Shown here in pieces: positions 21,471-31,564 of a stretch of 64,000 nucleotides of DNA. Source of the DNA: Babesia bigemina. Lineage: Eukaryota. The stretch's first letter is position 1; each line of letters opens with the position of its first letter. Location: NCBI RefSeq assembly GCF_000981445.1, contig NC_027218.1:3348001-3412000 (forward strand), in the 5' to 3' direction. A program made the translations under genes and the position numbers. The notes beneath the pieces were generated by a model. The model made no database searches and was not told the origin of the DNA. It saw only the letters and a list, made by a program, of their open reading frames with translations.

Positions 21471-21974
21471 GAAAACTCACCCTCACCCCTGTGTCCCCCC
21501 AGCCCAGGCCACCGACACCCACGCTGCCTAGGATACCACAGCTGCCATGACGCGACGCATGTGATCGGCACCAACAGCCAATCTAAATTATCTACCATTC
21601 GCATCGCCATTAATATTGCAGCGAACCCCGTGCGCTCAACTCCCACAGTGCAGCAGCACTGTTTCACGAGCCGCGGTAACGGCGCAATGCTGGCGGAGCG
21701 TCTCGGCTACGTGCCTAAAATGTGATATTAACGATCGCTACATCGACGCCTATAAATGCTACTTAACCAGGCCAACGCGGATTACGCCACCCTGCCAGTG
21801 ACTCGCAACACACGGCTTAGGTCACCCGCCGCGGCCCTCACGGCCGCCTACGTCAGCGACCAATCACCCAGCCTCACGTGACACTCACTCAATGGGCAAC
21901 GCGGACACCGCTCACAGTCAACGCACAGCTCAACGCAACAACTAATCAACGTGCTACAACACCTACCAAATTAC
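21471..21974. promoter_or_regulatory. Conserved ~500-bp non-coding block (copy 1), candidate promoter of the Cys-rich gene
   Basis: Closely similar to 33007-33519 and 48391-48909, always between the 24-bp and 76-bp arrays. No conserved ORF. Confidence 0.45.
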
Positions 21975-22626
21975 GGTTCATCCGCCAACTTACCACGTTG
22001 CCTGGGTGCTAGGTTAGCACTTTGCCTGGTTGCTAGCTTACCACGTTGCCTGGGTGCTAGGTTAACACGTTGCCTGTGTGCTAGCTCAGCACTTTGCCTG
22101 TGTGCTAGCTTAGCAGGTTGCCTGGTTGCCAGCTTAGCACTTCGCCTGGTTGCTAGGTTAGCACATTGCCTGGGTGCTAGGTCAACACTTTGCCTGGGTG
22201 CTAGCTTAGCACTATGCCTGGGCGCTAGCTTAGCACTTTGCCTGGTTGCTAGCTTAGCACTTTGCCTGGTTGCTTGCTTAGCACATTGCCTGTGTGCTAG
22301 CTTAGCACTTTGCCTGGTTGCTAGGTTACCACTTTGCCTGCGTGCTTGCTTACCACTTTGCCTGGTTGCCAGCTTAACACGTTGCCTGGGTGCTAGCTTA
22401 GCACTTTGCCTGGGTGCTAGGTTAACACGTTGCTTGCGTGCTAGGTTAACACTTTGCCTGGATGCTTGCTTAGCACTTTGCCTGGTTGCTAACTCAGCAC
22501 TTTGCCTGGTTGCTAACTCAGCACTTTGCCTGTGTGCTAGCTTACCACTTTGCCTGGGTGCTAGCTGAACACTTTGCCTGGTTGCTAGCTTAGCACTTTG
22601 CCTGTGTGCTAGGTCAACACTTTGCA
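21975..22626. repeat. 24-bp tandem repeat (GCTAGCTTAGCACTTTGCCTGGTT-like)
   Basis: Visible 24-nt period. The spurious ORF shows an 8-aa period (CLVASLAL). Confidence 0.9.
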
Positions 22627-22771
22627 TTGTCGTTCAGTCATCACTTAATCTAGGTGCTATTTAGTTCACAGGTTACCCCTTGAGTAATTCGATACATTAT
22701 GCTACGTTTGTCGGTTAGGTGATTAGGTGAGATGTTACGTGAGTTGCTGTGAATTACAAATGTGACGATGA

Positions 22772-25700
22772 TCACGGTTGTAGATACGATATCTTGGCAA
22801 GCCTTCCGACTTGCGCTGCAGCCAACAATGATTGCGCCGTTATCCTGTGCGACGACGGTATCCTCAGGTGCGATCGGATGTGGAGCACATCCAGGCGTCC
22901 AACCATCACGCAGATTAGGTACAAGAGGGACAGTGACCAGAGCGCCACGTTAAGCCATATAAACGGCTGCCTGATGGTGAATATGAATTCGTCGCACTTT
23001 TCGAACAGCGTTTTGAAGTAGTTGGAATTTAATACATTGTTGAGTTGTTTGTAGAAATTGTGGCAATACCTTTTCCCCTCTGCAGCTGAAAGCGTTGCTG
23101 GATTGCCGAACGTGAATCCGAAACTATATAACGTGCTTATGACACCGCGGCATTCGACGAGGCCTTTGCACTGACAGTTATAGGCAGCGCCATGCTTACC
23201 CCGTTTACAAGCTGTGCCGTGCGTACAGCGACGACATCCCCAATCCTGGCAGGATATATTAGTAAACGCCCTGAACAAAGATTCAAGACACTGCCAGAAC
23301 GACCACGGTAAGTACACTGCCCATGACAGGTAGAGACCAGCGTGCTTCTCGGCAGCGTAGTGGTATGCATCGCTGTACAACGTGGACAGGTACGGAGCGC
23401 AATGAACATCCTTGTTCGGATAGTTGCACGTAGTAGGCATTGAAAGCGTTGACAAGTCGGAGTCTGAAGCTTTGGGATGCTCGCCAACTTCGTGGCTCCG
23501 GCCGTTTTTGTAAGCGTCACTAAGCGCGCCTGTGAGTTCTGATGGCTCCGCATACAAGTCGATGGACTGCTTCTTGATTGCCTTCACAAACGCAGCGTGG
23601 ACAGCATTTGAGTTGACATCTCTGCTAGCATTAAACGCACCAACCAACGTGAATACAAACTGGAAGTGCTCGGGCAGCGTGGATGGTGGCTTCGGCAGGA
23701 GGCACATCAGTGAGGATATTAAGCCTGTACCGATGAAGATCTTGATTGCTTCGCACAACTGTCTGCCCGTTTTGGTGCTGCCCGAGAAGCCCTTGAATCC
23801 GAGAGGAAGCAGGCACGGTTGCCCTGGAGCGCTCTTGGAGCAGGTGCTGCATTTCGCCCTGCATCCCACTGACTGCAGTTGGTGCGGCAGATGGCCAGGG
23901 AGGCTGTCACTGAGGTATAACATAAGCGGGGACGTTGGTTGGCAGTTTACTTGACACCTTGCTTGGCTGTTTGCTTCATCGCCTGAGTGCTCGTTACACT
24001 GCGATTTCGTTGTAGGGATGTCCCTCCCGTAGCGGCAGTGTGACCAGCCGTGGTGTTCGGGCTTGATGTTACACTGCAGTTCCAAGAACCGGAACACGGG
24101 CAACAATCGGCGCAGTAGGTCCAGCAGCATGTCCAGGCAGTCCGACGGATCCGATGGGTAATGGAAATTGAATGAGTTGTTGCAGAAGTCGGAGGCGTAG
24201 ACGGTCCTGGAGTCGCCAGTCCCGACGACGGCAGTCAATACGTCATACGACGTCGCACAGATGTGTTCCACGGCTTTACGTACGTAATTATACGATATGT
24301 TTCGGGGGTGCGACGTTATGGATTGGGCTGCCATGTCAGTCGATGTGAGATCAAGTTCGTCGTCGCCGGCCGCCTTCTTATGCGGGTTGTCAAATAGGTC
24401 GGTGATGGTGATATCACGCATCGCGGAGTACACGGCAGTGTACGGGAAACCGCTGAGCCAGATCAATATGTCGTACACTGAGCACGGGTGCTGCTTCGCT
24501 GAGGCCGTGAGCAGGTGGCACAGTTCGTTGTACTGCTCGAAGTGGCTGAATATGCAGTCAATGACGTCGAACACGTGGAAGTGATTGTCTTTTCTCTGCT
24601 CGTTCGATTCACACCATCTAAGGTGTTGGTTGTCATCGGCACCGCTAATTCGTAACATCAACCGCTTAGCAACGTTCTCTCCCGCCACTGTCGGTTTGTT
24701 TTGCAACTCGCCGTTTTGCAGCGCCGCATCGGAGACCGCGTAGCCGTGGCCGACAAACGATCTTCCCACGTCGGTGGACTTATTAATTTGCTGTCCACGT
24801 AGACTCTTGCAATTGTGCGTCAAGTCGGTAAACGTGGCCTTCAGGGTGCAGACCACGGTGAGGCATATTTTGGCGAATTTTGCGCCATACGGCGTTAATT
24901 TATCTTTCTCAAACATCTCACCGCCAAAAGTCTCACTGTCGTACGCGGAGATGTACGCCTTTCCAAGTTCACTAACGAACCCGTGAACACCCTTCCCAAC
25001 GCCGTCAAGCAGGGGAGTGCTCGGTTCATTGAATGTCTTGGGGTGCAGACCATCGACTTTAGTGGAGAGACTGTCGAGCAAGGTGGGCACTTCGTGGTTG
25101 TAGCGGTGATTACTAATGTGATTGAGTAGGTTGTTGAGCGCGGTATTAGCAGCGTCGAGTTTGGAGGTGTAGAGTTGTTCCGCGCCGGACGGCTTGGGGT
25201 TGATTTTCTCTTTATATGCTTCGTGAACGCGTTTGATCTCTGCTTTGAGGTAGACGTGGAGTGGTGAGCAGAATTCCTTGAATTTCTGCGACAGATTTTT
25301 GAACGACGCCTTATGATTCACATTTCTTGACAGTTCACCTACGAGACCCTTGAGTTTGTCAATATTCTCGTCCGACGTATCACCATCATCTCTAATCGCC
25401 CCTTCCAACGTCCGCATGAAACCCTTAAAGCCGTGCTTCCTGTCGGTGTCAATCTCGCCGGGTAGGGGCTTTAGTTCCTTCTGCACCTTGTCAGCAAAGG
25501 CCTGCAGCATGTCTTTGACGGACGTCACGTAGTTTTTGTTCGCCTGGGTGATGAGAGCAGTTTCGGCCTTTTTAACTTCATCTTCGACGTGTCCGTTCAA
25601 ATCTCGTATTGTTTTATCGCGCAATTGATTGGCTTGCTGTTTGAAGGCTGTGGCGTCTTTGATGACCTGGTCCAAATCGACGCCGAACAACTGGAGCAAA

Positions 25701-28447
25701 TTCTTCTCAAGTTCCTGCAGTGTATCGGATCTAGCTGCTGCGCCACTTGTCGTCATACCGATCTTCTCATTCTTTAGCTTCCCCAACGCCACGTTCAGGG
25801 ATTTGCCCGTTCGCTCAAGCGCCTGCATGAGGCCACTGATGCTTTTTGTTATGTCATCGAGGAAACCGTCAAATTTAGTCGTATTTCTATCCTCCTTAGC
25901 ACCTAATTTTTGTTCGAACAGTTGGAGGCCGTAGTCTCTAATATCCTTGATTGCAGTTGGAAGAGCGCCCTCTAGTTTTTGTGGATTACTATGAGCAAGA
26001 CTCTCTTGTTTAACATGCTGTTCATAATGCGTGAAGTTACTTTTAGCAACACTAGATATTTTATCCCCTGAAGATCCCCCATTTGGAAGATTATTCGGAC
26101 CGATCTCTTGGTCGAGCACGCTTTCTCCACCGTCCGCTTTGAAATCGCCGTCTTTGAGGTTTTTCTCGTAGGTTGTTTTGAATTCCTCCATGAACGTACC
26201 ACCAAACTCGTAATTTTCTTTACTTCGAGGTTGTGAATATGTGTGCTTAAAGGCTTCGTTAGTTACAGTACCTTGAAGCGTTTTAAGTCTCTCATTGATA
26301 TCTGTTCCGTACACATTCTGTAATTTCAGAAGACCTTTAGCTTTTTCTTGCGCGCCGTAATCAACTTCATTGTTATCCCTATTATAAGTTATAGCATCTC
26401 TTATTTTATCCACTTTGTCTTTAATCGCATCACTCACGTTTCCAATCTCTGTAGTGAGTTGTCGCACTATTGCTTCAATGACGGTTTTAACTATATCCGC
26501 AGAGTGCGACGAGACTATCTGGGCGATGTTGCCGAGCTCAGATAGCAGAGATTTAAGATCATTTTTTAGTTTAGATGCGTCGATGCTTGACGCACCAGCG
26601 AGATCCGTAGTCACTGCTTTTATCGCTGTTGATAATCCGCTAAATTTACCGTTAAGAGGAGCAATAGTCATTTTATCTCCCAGATATCTTCGCAAATTTT
26701 TTTGAAGGGTAGCAGATTGGAAAACTTTTTCCGGGTTTTCGGCAATTGAATGCAGCGCAACCAGTTGAGATCTTGCTTTATTAATGCAGCTTTCTAAGTC
26801 AACTCTGAAGGCATTACCAGCAATACTTTCCATGCCCTCGGATATCTGCCGCATCGCCTCTTTAATTTTCTGCATAACATCGGTATCGAGCTGGTTGAAA
26901 TACGTTTTAAGCTTACTGAACGCCATACCTTGACCAATCACCTGCAGAAGTGGCGCTTTGATGGTCGTATCACCGTACGCGTTTTTAATACTTTCATTAA
27001 CCTTAAGACCCCCCAGGTTTAAAATATCTTCCATGACAATCCCAATAGCCGCCTGAAGCGCATTCCTAGTTTTCTTAAAATCCTCGAAGAACTGCCCCGA
27101 ATTGCGAACAACCTCATCAAGCGGCTTCGTAATCTTCTGCTCAATCGCCCACAATCCGTCTTTCACATTCTCTTCCAACGTCTTACCTAATGCCTTAACC
27201 GCCTCCTTTATCTTACCTTTCACGGCAAACAAATCCTTTTTGATCGCTTCGTCCATATCTCTCACTTTCCCAAGGGCGTTGTTAAGTTCTTGCTTGACGA
27301 AATCTTTTGCCTCCCCGAAAGATTTATTAATCTCCTTTAGACTTTTTTTAATTTCATCTTCAGCCGCCCATGCAACATGCTTTTTTTCAATATTTTCGGC
27401 AGTTTTCATGCAATCAGTGACAATTTCATCTGCATCTCGAATCCATCTCCGCAATTTCTCAACATAACCTTGTAATTTTTGTCTAATCATCACAAGCTGT
27501 TCTAATATTATTCCCACCTTATCGTTTAATTCCTTAACCAGCTCATTGACATCTTTCAAAATGCGCTCATTGACACAGCTTTTAAGCGTTTTAAGCTTAT
27601 TACTAATCATACTAGTCATCGCAGCCAAGTTCTCTTTTTGCTTCTTCGACAGTGTCGTAAGCCTCTCAGCCTCATGCGTGATATTGTTTCTCGCATGGGT
27701 GATTTTTAATCTCAGGTCAGAATTTATGTCTTTGAATTGCTGTATTGGCTCAACTTTAGCACCTGTCCTCCATGCATTCATTTCTCTTATGACAAAATTA
27801 CTATCGAAATTCATACCTTTTTTTGCATACTCGTCGGCCAGCTTAGTGACCAAGGTTTCAGCCTGCTTGACTTCATTAAGATCATCTGAATCAGGATTAT
27901 GTTGTAAAATTTTACCTACCTCATTTTGGAGCGTTTTCATGTCTCTGTCCATATTGTTTATTATGGTTTTCACATGGTTGTTAGACTCTTTCACTCTCTC
28001 ATTATACTCCCGCACCTTCCTCGCCACCTGCGCAATGACCTTAAAACCCTCACGCCCGGTGGATAATTTAGTTTTAAGGTCAGTAACAAGTTTTTTTAGT
28101 TCCTCTTTACCCACACTGTAAGGCTGTTTCTCGCTGACATCCTTAAGCACCTGATACAAAAATCCCATCACCCCGTCACACAGCCTATCCAAGTCGGAGT
28201 ACACAATCCCAGAGCCGTCGTATCCTTTGGAAGTAGAGTTGAAGCCGAGGAAAGTCTCGAGGCCAGAGCAGAGGTTATTAAGGATGATAGTAGGGTTGTT
28301 ATTTGAGGTGATTTCGCACTTTTTATTTTCATCAAATTTCTTGCCAAGCTCCCTGAGCGGCACATGGTCAGGGCAGTGGCAAGAGGTGGAAGAGGGGAAG
28401 TGAAGGGTGACATAGCACAAGTTATTAGGATGGTTAATAGAGGTCAT
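22772..28447 (-). CDS. Large ves/VESA-like variant surface antigen (class X tail)
   Basis: 1891 aa. LC.GLE.FLGF..GYDG.GIVYSDLDRLCD block, coiled-coil middle, Cys-rich C-terminal domain, TM FIWLNVALWSLSLLYLICVMV, tail RLDVLHIRSHLR..LAKISYLQP. Confidence 0.88.
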   Translation of the reverse strand: MTSINHPNNLCYVTLHFPSSTSCHCPDHVPLRELGKKFDENKKCEITSNNNPTIILNNLCSGLETFLGFNSTSKGYDGSGIVYSDLDRLCDGVMGFLYQVLKDVSEKQPYSVGKEELKKLVTDLKTKLSTGREGFKVIAQVARKVREYNERVKESNNHVKTIINNMDRDMKTLQNEVGKILQHNPDSDDLNEVKQAETLVTKLADEYAKKGMNFDSNFVIREMNAWRTGAKVEPIQQFKDINSDLRLKITHARNNITHEAERLTTLSKKQKENLAAMTSMISNKLKTLKSCVNERILKDVNELVKELNDKVGIILEQLVMIRQKLQGYVEKLRRWIRDADEIVTDCMKTAENIEKKHVAWAAEDEIKKSLKEINKSFGEAKDFVKQELNNALGKVRDMDEAIKKDLFAVKGKIKEAVKALGKTLEENVKDGLWAIEQKITKPLDEVVRNSGQFFEDFKKTRNALQAAIGIVMEDILNLGGLKVNESIKNAYGDTTIKAPLLQVIGQGMAFSKLKTYFNQLDTDVMQKIKEAMRQISEGMESIAGNAFRVDLESCINKARSQLVALHSIAENPEKVFQSATLQKNLRRYLGDKMTIAPLNGKFSGLSTAIKAVTTDLAGASSIDASKLKNDLKSLLSELGNIAQIVSSHSADIVKTVIEAIVRQLTTEIGNVSDAIKDKVDKIRDAITYNRDNNEVDYGAQEKAKGLLKLQNVYGTDINERLKTLQGTVTNEAFKHTYSQPRSKENYEFGGTFMEEFKTTYEKNLKDGDFKADGGESVLDQEIGPNNLPNGGSSGDKISSVAKSNFTHYEQHVKQESLAHSNPQKLEGALPTAIKDIRDYGLQLFEQKLGAKEDRNTTKFDGFLDDITKSISGLMQALERTGKSLNVALGKLKNEKIGMTTSGAAARSDTLQELEKNLLQLFGVDLDQVIKDATAFKQQANQLRDKTIRDLNGHVEDEVKKAETALITQANKNYVTSVKDMLQAFADKVQKELKPLPGEIDTDRKHGFKGFMRTLEGAIRDDGDTSDENIDKLKGLVGELSRNVNHKASFKNLSQKFKEFCSPLHVYLKAEIKRVHEAYKEKINPKPSGAEQLYTSKLDAANTALNNLLNHISNHRYNHEVPTLLDSLSTKVDGLHPKTFNEPSTPLLDGVGKGVHGFVSELGKAYISAYDSETFGGEMFEKDKLTPYGAKFAKICLTVVCTLKATFTDLTHNCKSLRGQQINKSTDVGRSFVGHGYAVSDAALQNGELQNKPTVAGENVAKRLMLRISGADDNQHLRWCESNEQRKDNHFHVFDVIDCIFSHFEQYNELCHLLTASAKQHPCSVYDILIWLSGFPYTAVYSAMRDITITDLFDNPHKKAAGDDELDLTSTDMAAQSITSHPRNISYNYVRKAVEHICATSYDVLTAVVGTGDSRTVYASDFCNNSFNFHYPSDPSDCLDMLLDLLRRLLPVFRFLELQCNIKPEHHGWSHCRYGRDIPTTKSQCNEHSGDEANSQARCQVNCQPTSPLMLYLSDSLPGHLPHQLQSVGCRAKCSTCSKSAPGQPCLLPLGFKGFSGSTKTGRQLCEAIKIFIGTGLISSLMCLLPKPPSTLPEHFQFVFTLVGAFNASRDVNSNAVHAAFVKAIKKQSIDLYAEPSELTGALSDAYKNGRSHEVGEHPKASDSDLSTLSMPTTCNYPNKDVHCAPYLSTLYSDAYHYAAEKHAGLYLSWAVYLPWSFWQCLESLFRAFTNISCQDWGCRRCTHGTACKRGKHGAAYNCQCKGLVECRGVISTLYSFGFTFGNPATLSAAEGKRYCHNFYKQLNNVLNSNYFKTLFEKCDEFIFTIRQPFIWLNVALWSLSLLYLICVMVGRLDVLHIRSHLRIPSSHRITAQSLLAAAQVGRLAKISYLQP

Positions 28448-28475
28448 AGCGGTATTATGGCGAGGTAATTCAAGG

Positions 28476-30506
28476 GATGTAGAGTGGTTAAGGTAGCGAT
28501 GTAGAGTGGGTAAAGGGGCGATGTAGAGTGGGTTAGGGAGCGATGTAGAGTGGTTTAGGGAGCGATGTAGAGTGGGTTAGGGAGCGATGTAGAGTGGGTA
28601 AAGGGGCGATGTAGGGTGGATTAGGGAGCGATGCAGAGTGGGTTAGGGAGCGATGTAGAGTGGGTTAGGGAGCGATGTAGAGTGGATAAAGGGGCGATGT
28701 GGAGTGGGTTAGGGAGCGATGTGGAGTGGGTTAGGGAGCGATGTGGAGTGGGTTAAGGGGCGATGTGGAGTGGGTAAAGGAGCGATGTAGAGTGGGTAAA
28801 GGGGCGATGTAGAGTGGGTTAGGGAGCGATGTGGAGTGGATAAGGGGCGATGTAGAGTGGGTTAGGGAGCGATGTAGAGTGGGTTAAGGGGCGATGTGGA
28901 GTGGATAAAGGGGCGATGTAGAGTGGATAAGGAGCGATGTAGAGTGGGTTAAGGGGCGACGTAGAGTGGGTTAGGGAGCGATGTAGAGTGGATTAAGGGG
29001 CGATGTAGAGTGGGTAAAGGGGCGATGTAGAGTGGATTAAGGGGCGATGTAGAGTGGATAAGGGAGCGATGTGGAGTGGGTAAAGGAGCGATGTAGAGTG
29101 GATAGAGGAGCGATGTAGAGTGGGTTAAGGGGCGATGTAGAGTGGGTTAAGGGGCGATGTAGAGTGGGTTAGGGAGCGATGTAGAGTGGGTTAGGGAGCG
29201 ATGTAGAGTGGGTTAGGGAGCGATGCAGAGTGGGTTAGGGAGCGATGTGGAGTGGGTTAAGGGGCGATGTAGAGTGGGTTAAGGGGCGGTGTAGAGTGGA
29301 TAAAGGGGCGATGTAGAGTGGTTAAGGGGCGATGTAGAGTGGATAAAGGGGCGATGTAGAGTGGATAAAGGGGCGATGTGGAGTGGATAAGGGAGCGATA
29401 TGGAGTGGATAAGGGGCGATGTAGAGTGGATAAAGGGGCGATGTAGAGTGGGTTAGGGAGCGATGTAGAGTGGGTTAAGGGGCGATGTAGAGTGGATAAA
29501 GGAGCGATGTAGAGTGGGTAAAGGGGCGATGTGGAGTGGATAAAGGGGCGATGTGGAGTGGATTAGGGAGCGATGTAGATTGGATTAAGGGGCGATGTAG
29601 AGTGGATAAAGGAGCGATGTAGAGTGGATAAGGGAGCGATGAGGAGTGGGTTAGGGAGCGATGTAGAGTGGATTAGGGAGCGATGTAGAGTGGGTTAAGG
29701 GGCGATGTAGAGTAAATAAAGGGGCGATGTAGAGTGGATTAGAGAGCGATGAAGAGTGGATAAAGGGGCGATGTGGAGTGGTTAAGGGGCGATGTAGAGT
29801 GGGTAAAGGGGCGATGTAGAGTAAATAAAGGGGCGATGTAGAGTGGATTAGAGAGCGATGAAGAGTGGATAAAGGGGCGATGTGGAGTGGTCAAAGGGGC
29901 GATGTAGAGTGGGTTAAGGGGCGATGTAGAGTGGGTTAGGGAGCGATGTAGAGTGGATTAGGGAGCGATGTAGAGTGGGTTAGGGAGCGATGTAGAGTGG
30001 GTTAAGGAGCGATGTAAGGTGGGTTAAGGGGCGATGTAGGGTGGGTTAAGGGGCGATGTAGAGTGGATGAAGGAGCGATGTAGAGTGGGTTAAGGGGCGA
30101 TGTAGGGTGGGTTAAGGGGCGATGTAGAGTGGATGAAGGAGCGATGTGGAGTGGATAAAGGGGCGATGTAGAGTGGACAAAGGAGCGATGTGGAGTGGAT
30201 AAAGGGGCGATGTAGAGTGGGTTAGGGAGCGATGTAGGCTGGATAAAGGGGCGATGAAGAGTGGGTTAATGGGCGATGTAGAGTGGATAAAGGGGCGATG
30301 TAGAGTGGACAAAGGGGCGACGTAGAGTGGGTTATGGGGCGATGTAGAGTGGGTAAAGGGCGATGTAGAGTGGATAAAGGAGCGATGTAGAGTGGGTTAA
30401 GGAGCGATGTAGAGTGGATAAAGGGGCGATTTAGAGTGGATAAAGGGGCGATGTGGAGTGGATAAAGGGGCGATGTAGAGTGGGTAAAGGAGCGATGTAG
30501 AGTGGA
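28476..30506 (+). repeat. 22-bp G-rich satellite (GATGTAGAGTGGGTTAGGGAGC-like), ~2.0 kb
   Basis: Direct reading. Many units contain GGGTTAGGG. Confidence 0.95.
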
Positions 30507-30542
30507 TCATAATCACCACTTAGGTCAGGTGCTTGGTCACCA

Positions 30543-30730
30543 CTGTCATCGCGGCCGTGACGATGTCATCGCGGCCGTAACCATGTCATCGCTGCCGTGA
30601 CCATGTCATCGCTGCCGTAACATCAACTTGGTCACCACTGTCATCGCTGCCGTGACCATGTCATCGCTGCCGTGACCACTAACTTGGTTAGGTGCTTGGT
30701 CACCACTTTGGTCACCACGTTGGTCAGTTG
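30543..30730. repeat. 20-bp (GACCATGTCATCGCTGCCGT) repeats followed by short 12-bp (TTGGTCAGCACA-like) repeats
   Basis: Direct reading. Confidence 0.85.
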
Positions 30731-30862
30731 CTAAGTCACCTCGCTGCTCATGTGATGGATCGTCAATGCAATCATACTTTGTCTATAACATTAGATGTCA
30801 GTTGCCAGTTAGGTGATCAGTGGGATTTGGATTACGATGTTTGCGCTGACCAATCGTCGAAA

Positions 30863-31000
30863 TTAGCTGTAGAACGCGATGCAGAAGGGTATCTTGCGGA
30901 CGAGGAAATCGCGGATGTTGCGACCCACCGGAAAGCGGAAGTAGACCATGACGCAGATGGCGACGATGATGAAAACGACGGCGGCGATGGCGGAGTAGGG
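30863..31000 (-). other. Orphan chimeric TM + tail cassette (type-A TM end, type-B tail)
   Basis: PYSAIAAVVFIIVAICVMVYFRFPVGRNIRDFLVRKIPFCIAFYS*, out of frame with the upstream MSSEV ATG. Confidence 0.7.
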
Positions 31001-31098
31001 ACGGGGATGTAGTCACCTCACTGCTCATGTGATTTATCATCAACGCAATCATTACTGTCCACAACATTAGAAGTCAGTTGCCAGTTAGGTTATTGCGA

Positions 31099-31557
31099 TC
31101 AGCTGCGCAGTAGATACCGCACCCTGTGGAACGGCCGGACGCGGAAGTAGACCATGACGCAGACGACGACGATGATGAGGGCGACGGCAGCGACGATGTA
31201 AGGGAGGACGGCTGAGGAAGAGGGAGTAGAGGGATTAGAGTCGCCAGTGGAACGCAGTTGACCGGCGGGCTGAGGCAGAGCACGGGAGGAGGAGGAACCG
31301 GAGGAATCAGAGCGAAGCTGTTGACTGGCGGCATGCTGGGCACGAAGAGCGTTAATCTGTTTAGTTCTACAACATATACATTGACATGTACGAGTGTCAC
31401 AACCAAGACAATCCTTAGTGTGGCATTCCCCTCCGCTTCTGCGCGAACTGTAGAATTCGCGACACTCAGGACACCAACGACGACATTTTATGCAACACAG
31501 GTAGCAACACCTACAATCAGGCTTGTTACATCTATTGTCACATATACACTGCGTCAT
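31099..31557 (-). CDS. Small Cys-rich single-TM protein, tail type A
   Basis: MTQCICDNRC... (ATG at 31557, GGAAG-ATG context), TM, tail RVRPFHRVRYLLRS. Confidence 0.8.
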   Translation of the reverse strand: MTQCICDNRCNKPDCRCCYLCCIKCRRWCPECREFYSSRRSGGECHTKDCLGCDTRTCQCICCRTKQINALRAQHAASQQLRSDSSGSSSSRALPQPAGQLRSTGDSNPSTPSSSAVLPYIVAAVALIIVVVCVMVYFRVRPFHRVRYLLRS

Positions 31558-31564
31558 CTTCCCC

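Noticed and set aside
21951..22627. ORFs over the 24-bp arrays (also 33486..34091 and 48876..49133)
   Set aside because: They are open only because the unit is a stop-free multiple of 3. Both strands are open and starts are non-ATG.
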